From assembly GCA_036172245.1 (NCBI GenBank), contig JAYWIR010000010.1, forward strand, positions 930,001 through 994,000: a stretch of DNA of 64,000 bases, given 5' to 3'. Below the pieces are notes generated by a model. The model did not search any database, was not told the DNA's origin, and saw only the letters and a list, made by a program, of their open reading frames with translations. Positions 50,200-60,729 of the stretch are shown one piece after another. The stretch comes from Raillietiella orientalis. Lineage: Eukaryota. Every line of letters begins with the position of its first letter. Positions within the stretch are counted from its first letter, which is position 1. A program made the translations under genes and the position numbers.

Positions 50200-52600
50200 C
50201 GGGAGGCCAGGATCGCCTTCGGCGCGCGCCGTCAGTGACCGAGAGAGAGCGTCACTACAGCAGCATCCCACCCGTTCCTCACCAGGCAACTGTCACTGCA
50301 CAAAGGGCAGGTCGATGCTCGTGGGGTGCCTCCACCTAAGACGCGGAGAAAGACATCGGTCCTACTGGAGCACTCTCTTCTACTCTTTCCTCCGAAATGT
50401 TCCCTGGCCCGAAGGATATGCATGCTCCTTGAGCTAACCAAACCACAAACAGGAGGGGTCCCCGACGAAGCTGCGTTCACAATGGGTTCGGGCGATGGAC
50501 CCATGGCTGGTAAAGACGATCTCGCCCGGGAGCAGAGCTGAGGGCCCCGGCCGGCCTTGCGGGCAGTGTGCATGGGTACCGAGAGCACGTGAAGCTGCAG
50601 GAAAGGGCCACGGCGAAGTGCACCGTTCCAGGGAGGCAGAGTCTCCGCACTCCTCTTCAGGAGCCTTTCGCCATCTCTGAGCGCGGCGTTGGTGCTACTA
50701 GTTAGAGTTGAACTAACCTTTTCCGTAGAACCTTCGCCGGAAACTCTGCTCTCCCCCTGGGTCGATGGCCTTGAGATGCCCTTCGGAGATGGTTGCGGTG
50801 GTCCAGATTCTGATCCTCTGCATTGCTCCATCTTCATCTCCATTTGTCCGAAAGAGAATGGATGGTGCTCCGCTCTCCCACTCTTAGGTTTTCTGAGTCG
50901 GCGGAGTGGAATCGAGAGGAAGCAGAGTAGAAGGGGACAGAGCGAACCAAACCCTCGTCTCCCATTTCGGGAGACTGCAGACCAGGATGCACAGTCGTTT
51001 TTCTGGTCGAGGGGTGCTGTGCTGGCAGAGGGAGCCATCGCGAGCGGCTTTCGATCCTCGAAGAGCTGGCTTTCCCAGTTGCCCATGAAAGAAACCTTCC
51101 GCAAAAGTCATCGGAAGGTGGACTGAAGATTGGATAAGTGAAAGTCGAGGACGCAACCTTCCATCCCCCTCTTTTCACAGGAGCAAGGACATACTAGCTG
51201 CAAGCAGAGTGCAGAACACTGCAAGATTAAGAGGGGGAGACCTGAGCGTTTCCGTCGCTCGTTTTCGCGCACATCCTCCAATGGTTTGTGAATGAAGGCT
51301 CACCCTTCGAGCTCTCAGATGCAGAGTCATCTATTGATGGATGGGACAACCTCCGTGCCAGTGCGAATTTCCCTGCCCCATCGCGGACAGCATTATTCTG
51401 TAATGGCAAGGTTGTTTAGATGCACGGGAGGAAAACTGCAAAGTTTCCAGAGTCCACTAGCCACGAAAACGCGCACTCACGACGGCAATCACTCCAGACA
51501 AAAGGATGGCTTTTACTAAAAGTGCAGTTACAGAGCTCAGACGGTTTGTTCGTGCTGCAATCTGCGAAGGAACACAATGCGAGGATTAAGTGGCTCATGG
51601 AGAGTAATGATAATGATTTACAAACTTCTGTTCAACTGCTTCATGACTCATCTGTCTTCCAGTTGCTTTGTAAAGGAGTCCACGTGTGATTCTTACCACC
51701 TATGCCAGGGGATCAGCCTGTACTCAACTGAAGAGCTTGGAAACACATACACCACTGTAATTATAAATTTGTGTGCACGTTTCTCTCATTGTTTCATTTA
51801 TTCTTTTAGGCCGGTTCGGGTTTTACAGTCCTTTGTCGTGGGGAGAGAGGAGAAACCTTGCGCATTGCATAATTCGATTTATTCTATTTGAAAGCCAGAG
51901 GCTACTGGAAGCCGACTACCTTAGACCACTGCAAGGCGGAGGAAATTCGGTCCCAAAGCAGCAAGCAGAGCTTGGAACAAAGTCGTCGGCTACAGAGTTC
52001 CTGCTGATCTTTCGCTTTGCTCGTTTTGAGAACGCTGCTTCCTCTAGAAGGAAGTTTCCGGGCACTCGTTCCAACGAAACGGAACGAGCGGGTGGGATTG
52101 GTCCATGAAAACACTCAAAGGCGACCGGAACCTACTCCACCCGAGGGAACCACTCTCTTTTTAAGAGGGGTGCTGCCGGGAGAAGACGGTCTGTTCCATG
52201 GAGGAGTCGAACTCCCCTTCCTGTTTTTGTCTTTTCCTTCTTTACGATTCGAACTTACCGTTCCCAATGACCTCGAGCTCGGCACTACACAGGCTGATTG
52301 CATAGGCTGCATGGAGATGCTTTGGTCGGCTGATCGCTTGGCATGCGAGATATCGGCTTTGCTTTCCGGCCCGCGGCATGAATCCTGCTAACACCTACCG
52401 GTTTTTTCGTGACAATTGGATGAAAGCCGATTGCATCTTCCTCTAGCGCTCTGGAAACGTAAAAGTGCGAACCCCATGCCACGCGCTTCGGGGGACAATT
52501 ACATCTCTCCTGAATGGACCCTCGCTCGAGCGATCGCCGAATTTCTCCTTCAAGGACTTTCGATGGTCGCTGCAAGAATCCACAGGATGGATGTGACTGC
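50200..52600 (-). pseudogene. LINE ORF2 remnant (APE end / RT N-terminus)
   Basis: Minus-strand degenerate GDFNC-like codons near 52495-52515 and TISEGHLKAID..RFY near 50720-50800 (cf. PITxxEIxxAI..KSPGxDG..EFY). Confidence 0.35.
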
Positions 52601-53494
52601 CCCTAGGGGCTCGTGCTTATGCTCTAGGGTGCTCCACACGCATTTCATTTCTCCTTTTTGCTTGGGCTTGCGTTGTCAGGAGAAACCCATGCCCACCATG
52701 GGCTCTGAGAGGACTCACTACTTTCAGGTAAACCATGGCAAGGATGAAGTGTTGGTGAGCGAAAATAAGGACCACTTACTCAGAGCTGTGAGTGTTTGCG
52801 CCCATACAAAGAATAGATGTGGGAAGCTGATCCTGTCCGTGGTCCCGGTGGGGGCTCAACTCATCGTTGGGACGAAAACCCGAAAACCATGAATACGGTA
52901 TCGATGCAAACAAAAGGGTAGATTCGTGGATGATTTTTTTTTTTTTAATATGTAACTAAGCGGCATTCGTGTCAGAGTAATTGCTTCTGTCAGGGATGCA
53001 CCTTCTGACTCACATTCTCACTGCCCTTCTCTTTCATGCCTTCCTGGAACTTCTCATCGTCTCCTTTGCCTGCCGCTCGCGATAGGGACCGCTCGAACTC
53101 TTCATAACCAGAGAGCGGAGTGTGCAAATATCGAAGCGCAAGCTTTTCAAATGCCCGGACTGACCATCCCGGATTCCCCTCTCCCGAAAGGTGCCTCCCT
53201 TTGACTTTTGGTGTCTCCTGCACGATGCCTCTCGAAGGTAACGAAGTCCAAAGCTGGACAAGCAGTCCCAAGCGGTGGTACTTTTCTTTTTGTTTTTTTG
53301 TCTCTACTAGCCTTATGATGATAGAAGTCCTTCTGGGTTCCTCTGCTTTTGCTGCCACCTTTCCTCTTTCCTTTCTGCCTTTCTTTTTCTTTGGTTCTCA
53401 AGGAGAACTGAAGAATCGTTCACCTCCCTGGAGAAGAAGGGGGGTCGAGCTGACGAAGCTCTTTAAACACTGACCACGTCAACCGAGGGCGATT

Positions 53495-54035
53495 GTAGTA
53501 ACTCTTCAAGTTAGAGGATGGCCACGGGAGGGGCACCCTATGAATCCAGGAAGGGCTCCTGAGGAAGCAGTCCGTTCCATTCTTTCTCATGGGAGGGAAC
53601 TCCGAAGGGAATCACCTCTTCCTTGTTCTCTCTGAAGGAGTCCTTCGGAAAGGATCCGCTCCTTGTTTGTCCCTCTGAAGAGAACCCTGAAAAGAGCAGC
53701 GCGCTGCTGACACTCTGGAGAGGCAACTGCCCCAGGGGGGTATCAGCCAGCTTCACAGGAACACAATGGCTCCCTTTTCACGACCTGAGGATTCCTTGAT
53801 GTCCTGGAAGCATCCTGGAGGACCAAAGGGAACGGGGCATTCGGGGTTTCCATCTTCCACCAGTGCAGCACCCGAAAGCCCGTGGGTCAACCAGTGTCGT
53901 CCTACGGGGGGAACTCCAAACCCGAGACGCTCTCTCCATTGCTCGGCGCCGACAATTCCTCCGGCGGGACTCGAACCCGCGGCGCGTGGTGCTGCGCTCA
54001 GGAGGCCGCTGCAGCCTCAAATGGGCCACAGGCGC
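53495..54035 (-). mobile_element. tRNA-derived SINE family A, copy 4 (near full length)
   Basis: B box reverse complement at 53967-53977, conserved core 53853-53894, 3' tail CCTCTAACTTGAAGAGTTACTAC. Confidence 0.82.
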
Positions 54036-56167
54036 TGGTGATTTTTGCCGGTCAGCCTCTCATCCGAGTTCCCGGCGCGTCTATGTGTACACCCCGCGAC
54101 GGACTTGGAGTTCGCGCTTGCTGCTTTCCTCTTCACGGAATGCTCAGCTCCTCCGCTCATCTCCCGGAGGTTTCCAAGGGCGGGCCACTTGCCAGAGGAG
54201 CTCGGGAAGGGCGTGATTTCTCCGATCTCCGCTCCCTTCCGCCTGGGTTCGTTCCCAGGGCGAGTCGGCCTGGCGCACGGGCAGAAGAAACCAACAACAC
54301 GCGCTCAACGACGGCTCTCCGCCTTTCCGCGCGCGCGCGTGCGCGGCGGGGCTCGCCGGACACGAAACTCAGCCGCGAGCGCTGCACCTTGCATCGTAAA
54401 AATCATCTTATTCGTCACCTGACATGCTTTACGTGATGGCTGGACTGGTCCAATCGCTGATGGCCGTCGGGCAACGCGTTTCTGTTTACAGCTTGACGAA
54501 TTCTTTCCACTTTCTAAGTCTGATACATTATCGAAGGCTGGGAAATTTCCAAGAAGGCGGATTGGGTCTTCATCAATTCCAACATTATAAAACGCATCAA
54601 GAAGTGCTTGCCCAGAGGGGCAGCTAATGAATATCCGTGCGCCGACCGGACGGGAGATTGCCTTGGCCTTTCCGGCCTGCCGGTTTCAGTTGACAACTTT
54701 ATTGTTGACAGCTGTTTTGAGCTGTTGACATGCCCCGATTCGGCAGTAAAGAATTTAGCGGGTGGCGCCCGGAAAGTCGTGGCGAAGAAGGAAATTCGAA
54801 CATCACCCTCGGGCGGTGATTTAGCAAGATGTATGTCGGAATCAATCACCGGAAAATTTGCCCGTCTCAGCGGTGATGCGAAGAGTTTTATGGACAGCAG
54901 GTCTCCAAGCTGACGGGAGGCGGGTTGGATCTTCGAGGATGGACAGGGCATCATCCATTGGTCACCTGACTTGATGGGCACATGAAAGAGGGAAAACCCG
55001 AGTGCTCTCTGAGCGAAGTCTGCCTGGTAGAAGAAGAACACACCCCTGATCTTTGTCCGGCGTTGGCCGGCAACGCGTTTCCGGCCACTCCCCTCTTAAA
55101 TGCGAGGACGCAGAGTTTTGCGCGCATCACCGCCGCGCCTCGTGCGTGCAGCACAGTTCGGTTCGCCGTCCGCGAGAAAGAGCTGGGTCCCGCTCTTTGG
55201 AAGAGTGGAACACGTGCAGGAGACTTGCGACTCGGCGCGAACCTCCAGTGCGCTGCAAACCGCCGCGCTTTCCGCCTCGGATTGACAACTCACCGTCGCG
55301 ATAGGTCAGTCAGCAAAGCTGCGAAGAACGGCTGGAAAGCACCGGGGAGCTGATAGCTTCTAGTCATCCCGTTCTGCAGGTCTTGAGGGGTGGGGGCGAT
55401 GCATACCTCTCAGTCTCCAGGCTGACTCGGTTCTTCTGCAAGGCGACGAAGGGCAATCGCGCCTGAGGTTTTCCGTCCCTTCCAGAGCGAATCGGCTGCT
55501 GCTTCGGGGGCTACGGGGAAAGGAGGGAGGGTGAGAACTGGAAGTAGGACCAGCACCTCTGCGGCTAAGAGGTGTCCGCATCGGCAAGAGCCATCGGCCG
55601 CGGCAGGAGCTCTGCATGCTGCTGCTGATGGTCCGCGAAACTGTTGACTGCTGAAAGAACTCAAAATCGGGAAGAGACGGGTGGAAGGCTCCCAGGAGGA
55701 GGAGGCACTTATTAGCATCTAACGCTGACGGGGGATGCTCTGGAGCCGGAGGATGAGTCGCCGAACGTAGGCGACGCTGGCTTGGAGTAGTCGAGTCCTC
55801 CCACGACTGCAGAACTGTGGAAGTTGTAGAAAATCTGCCCCAGCGTAATGTGCCCCCCTCTTCGGGAAATTTCTCTGTCACGTTTGTGGCTCGTTAGTGG
55901 AAGCAGTACACCTCCCGGACTGGACTCTCGAGGACTTCGAGTTGATTTGTGGCTGGAAACTGTCGCTGCCGCTGTTAGGTTGCGGCACGAGCGTTGGCTG
56001 ATCAGCCGGACGCTGGGATGGACTCAACCGGACGCCTGGTTTCTTCATGAACTGAGTCCATCAAGTTTCGCGTTCCTCGCCATCCGGAAGAAGGGCGTCC
56101 GCTGCCGCTGAAGCGTTCGCTCCACCCGTGCCTTGCAGAAGAAAAGTCATCTTGGGTGGGGACCCCG

Positions 56168-56310
56168 TAAAATTAAAAATTATTGAAAAAAATGTCAAAA
56201 AAATTAAAAATTATTAAGTGAAATTAATTAAAAATTTATATTCAATGTTCGAATGTTGATGAGTTAAATAAAATGATTGCTGTGCATGACAAAGTATGGT
56301 TGAATTATAC
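56168..56310. repeat. Very AT-rich patch with a 16-bp direct repeat AAAATTAAAAATTATT
   Basis: Sharp compositional break from the GC-rich surroundings. Confidence 0.75.
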
Positions 56311-57299
56311 GAACAAGGAGCTCTCTCCACGTGGACTCAGCCTCACACGCACCACTTCCGGCATTTCTCGGTAGAAACGAGCAGCAGCTCACCTACAGGG
56401 ACGGCGCCTTCCCGCTGCCTAGCACCCTAGGCGCAAGTTCGCTTCAGGAACCTCCGTACTCATTGCTCCAAACCACGATAGATCACCACCAGCTTTGCAA
56501 GAGGGGTAGCAGTTCCCTCACCGGAAGGATCCCATGTGAGGCAGGAGACTGCCGGGAAGCAGGGAGAGGCGATTCCGTTGGCGAGGAGCTCGCGGCACCA
56601 CTTCGGACGTCACTTCCGGATCTTCGTTTTCCTGGAAGCGCCGGCTGCAATTCGGATGATGTCCCACCGCTGCCGGCGGCAGGGAGCAGCTTGCTGCGCC
56701 ATTCCCAAGGGAGATGGAGTCTTCGACGCCGAAGCTTCCAGAGTCCTTTCGCGGGTTCCTCAGCAGAGTCGTCAACGCGTCCTCCACAAGAAGCAGCTGC
56801 GTTGCCCCTGGAGACCCCGAAGGAAAATTGCATATCACTCCCACTTCAAGGAGCCTCTCGGATGAGAGTCCACGTAGAAACGGAGGAAGAAAGGGAAGCA
56901 GCTCCTTCTCAGAAGGAGGAATCACCACCGTTTCGGTTCCCCAAACGCAATGTACTCCAAAAACCTCGGTCTCACCCCGGGGAGGGTGAGGGGGTGGCTG
57001 AGTTCAGGTCGACGGACTGCCACACACTGGAAGAGGGCTCCTGGTCGCCGGCGCACGTCGGGCGAGCGCTTCTCGAGGGAAAGGGATCCGGGAACGCTCC
57101 GGAGAGACCGGAAAGCAGCAGTGTGTTTCCCCATCAAGCTTATTCCCGTCCCGCCCCCACACTCGTCCTCCTCCCGTGCGTTCTCCTCGGGTGTCCAGAG
57201 GAGACCCGCCGGACGCCCCACGACCTCCAGTCTTCTCATTGCTGCCCTTCTGGTATCCCACCCATCCTGCCACCCTGCCTTTGCCATGGGATGCTGACT

Positions 57300-57835
57300 C
57301 ACTCCTACCTCCTTCCACGTCCTTCAGGCGTCTTCCTACCCCTAGTTTCCTCTCCATTTCCTCTTCCTCCCTTCTTCCTTCTCCTCTCTCCTTCTTCCTT
57401 TTTTCATCCTCCTCCCCCTCTTCCTCTTCCTTTTTCTTCCTTTCTTCTTTCCCCTTCGTTCCTCCTTTCCATCTTCCTTCAACCACCCTCCTCCCCCCTT
57501 CTTCCTTTCTTCCTTCTTCTTCGTTTCCCCTTCTTACCACCTATGCCTCCCCCTCTTCCTGTTTCCCTTCATCCTCCATCCTTCTTCCTTTCTCCTCCTC
57601 CTCCCTTCCTCCCCCTCCTTCAGCTCTCATTCTCATTTCCTCCCCTCCTCCCTTTTTCCTCCTCCCACTCTTCCCTTCCTTCTTCCTGCTTTCTCCTCCT
57701 CTCCCCCCCCTCTCTTCCTCCTCTTCTTCTCCTTCCTCCTTTTCTTGCCGCAGTGCAGCAGCAGCAGCAGCCACGAGCTTCCTTCTTTCGTCTCTTTTCT
57801 TCTCCTCCCTCCTCCTCCCCATCGTCCTCTTTCTG
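57300..57835 (+). repeat. ~530 bp polypyrimidine (CCT/CTT) tract
   Basis: Almost G-free C/T sequence with one short CAG interruption. Confidence 0.95.
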
Positions 57836-59399
57836 CTCGCCCGACAAAGCGGGCCATAAACAGATCGGGAGGAATCCGCTCCCTCATCAAAGAGGCGAGG
57901 CAGGCGCGCAGCAGCGTCTCGGCTCGACTTTTCCGCCCTCCGCGCTCTCTCCCTTGCGGCTCCCCCGCCCCGCCCGTCGAGCAGCAGCGCATCTCCTCGC
58001 CAGGGCCATAAAGCAGCCTTTAATTAAGCGGCTCCTTTAACCGGGGTCGTAAAGCCGGGATCCAATCCGCTCCCTTTGTCCGGCCCCGTCCGCGGGACCA
58101 CACAGCAGAAGCAGCAGCGCCGCCGCCGCCGCCGCCGCCGCGAGCAGACCGGCCGCGCCTGAGCGGCGGCAGCGGCGGGGTGGGAGACCCCCTTCGCACG
58201 CCTCCTCCGCCTGCAGCGTGTGGGGGCCTCCCACCTATCTTGGAAGGAGGAGAAGGGGGGGGATGGCAGGGCAGGGCAGGTGTCGCCGCCGCTGCCGCTG
58301 CTGGTGCTGCCGCTGTCGTCGGCGGGCCACGAGAGGTGTCGTTAGGCGGAAGACGAATGGCCGGCGGGAGGCGGGCGGGGCGTGGGAGCGCGCGCTGCGG
58401 CGGCGGCAGCCTGGGCGAACGGACCTGAGCGCCCAGTCGTTGCAAGGCGCCGTCGCCGCCGGCTCTTCTCCTGGCGCGCCCCCGCCCCACCCCCGCTCCA
58501 AGCGCAGGAACCGCTCAATCAGCGGCGCCGCGGAGGGCGAGAAGGCGACGCCCCAAAACGGAGGAGAGTGGCGGCGGGTGGGGCCTGCCAATGGGGGAGG
58601 GCTCAGTGACCTCGTCTCCGTCCACCTCAAGGAGGCGGGCGCCGCTGCGCTTCAGTGGCATCCTGCAGGACGAGTGGCTCGCTTGCCGGCCCGGGTCGAG
58701 GAGAATCTCCTCCCGTTCCCGCGAGAAAGGGCAGCGAAACTCGCTCTCTCTCTGTTGCCCTCCCACCCTTGCTACGCTTGGCGCTGAGAGGCTGTTCTCA
58801 TACAAGCGCACCCTGATGCCAGGAGGCGCCTCCGCATAGACCAACGGGCCGCCGCCGGCCCACCCGTGTACGCTCAGTCCAGAGGGCTTGCGCAGCTGGG
58901 AAGGCACGGTCGCGGACCAGCAGCAGCCAAGGATAGACGAGTTGCCGGAAGCAGTCGGTGATCTAGCTGGAGAGAGGGCTCCTGCTCCCTGACATCACAA
59001 ACCCCCACCTTTCTGCCCTCTGGCTGCTCTGCCCTGGAGCGGGTCTCAGTGAGAGCAGCGGAGTCGTCGCTGTCTCCCCTCCGCTCCGACAGTGAGGGCC
59101 CAGAGCGGGGTCCCTCAGGAAGAACGAAAGGTGCAGATGCTGGGCCTCGCAGAGGAAGCGGCGACCAGCGGGAGTTGCCCCGGGCATCTGACGGTCGGCG
59201 CAAAGAGGCCGGTGCTGAGGGGTGGGCGGATGGCTGCTCGGAGGGCGATGAGAACCGCCCGTTGCGGGCGGCGCTGGAGCCTCTCCTTGCTGGACAAGCT
59301 CATGGAGCGAGGAGGGCTGCTGGAAGTTCCCGGACACTCCGGACAGATGCAAGGCGCGGAGGGAAACGCCCCGCAATTCAGAGGGAATGGGAGAGGGCG

Positions 59400-59600
59400 A
59401 CCATGGAGGTGACGACGTTTGGCATGGAGATGGAGGTGCTGCTGCTGCTGCCCTTGACGACAAAGGCGAAGAAGACGACGCTGCTCTTGATGACGAGGGC
59501 GGAGCTATTGATGACAATGGCGATGACCTCGACCATGTTCATCATGGCGATGGAGATGATGCTACAACTTCTGCTGCTGCTGACACTGATGCGAGTGAGG
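59400..59600. repeat. Degenerate GAY/GCT triplet repeat
   Basis: Visible period-3 low-complexity sequence. Confidence 0.7.
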
Positions 59601-60544
59601 GTGCAAAATCAGACGTGCAAAATCACGACCCTTCGGGGGATCTCGGGAGGGATACCCGTCCCGAAAGCCACTTCAGAGTCCCCGCAAATGTGTCGAGATC
59701 CGGAGGCGTTCAAGGGGTGCTCCCGCATTCCGACTACCTCGTGAGAGGTCAGTCCCTCTCAAGTGTCCGCGATCGGAAGGACCATCATCATCCAAGGTGT
59801 GCTCTGCGACCAAAAGAGAAGCTGCGTTCTTCCTTGGTCCATCGAAGGCTCAACTTACCGAGGTCCTTGTGGAAGAAGGGGACCTTGATAGAGGCGAGGG
59901 CTGCTGAAGGTGGCGCCGTGCCTCTCGGGAGCAAGGCGAAAGAACCTGCTCCTGAGAGAAGGGATCACGGACTCTTATCTTGTCGACGAGATGGTGGAAA
60001 GTTAGGGAGACTGCAGTCTCAGTTGAGCGGCCCGCTGTGAGGGATTAGCCGATCTGCAGCTCCCGCACGCCTCCAATCTTCCCGAAGGGTCCGATACCTT
60101 CCGGGCTAAAAGCATCTCCCTCCAAGAGCGGACAAGTGGAACAAGCTGGCAAAGCGTCCCTTTTTTGCCGAAGTAGCGTCAGCAAGATGCCCCTCGGCGC
60201 ATCTTCTGAGATAGATGGATCCTCACTTGAAGATCTACTGCTGCTCCAACTTGCATCCCTGAAAGCATGGCGACAGGAGACCTTCAGCAGCCTACGGAGG
60301 CAGTGGGATCATGACAGTGGGATCGGATTCAGTGTGCAGTTTCCATGATCTGAGAAGACAATGATGATCCTCTCACAATAAAGCAGGGGGCAGAAGGGAT
60401 GGACCTCTCTGCAAATCCTCCCTTATTCACGGGACCGTCCTCCACCTGGTTTATTTAAAAAGTTAGAGCTGTGCACACGTCATAGACATCCATGAGGAGG
60501 ATGGGGGACGTTGGGAGGGCCTTGGGAACCTACGTTCCGCCTTC

Positions 60545-60720
60545 ATTCAGGAAACATATTTGCTGGGGGAAGGAGCAAGGCCCCCCATTTGCTGGGGGAC
60601 AAGTCGCCACTCCCAGGCGTCTCTGGTAGATCTTGAATGTTGTTGGTGGGTGGTGTCGGGAGTCGAACCCAGGTCCTTGTATGTTATCGGTCGAGTATTC
60701 TGTTCGTTGCGCCACGATCA
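60545..60720 (-). mobile_element. tRNA-derived SINE head, second family (or tRNA pseudogene)
   Basis: On the minus strand, A-box-like TGGCGCAACGAA (60703-60714) and B box GGTTCGACTCC (60659-60669) with tRNA-like spacing. The body is unrelated to family A. The left boundary is uncertain. Confidence 0.55.
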
Positions 60721-60729
60721 ACGGTTTAC

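Noticed and set aside
56331..58040. 569-aa ORF
   Set aside because: Largely a translation of the polypyrimidine tract.
59387..60040. Asp-rich 217-aa ORF
   Set aside because: Degenerate triplet repeat within TE-derived sequence.
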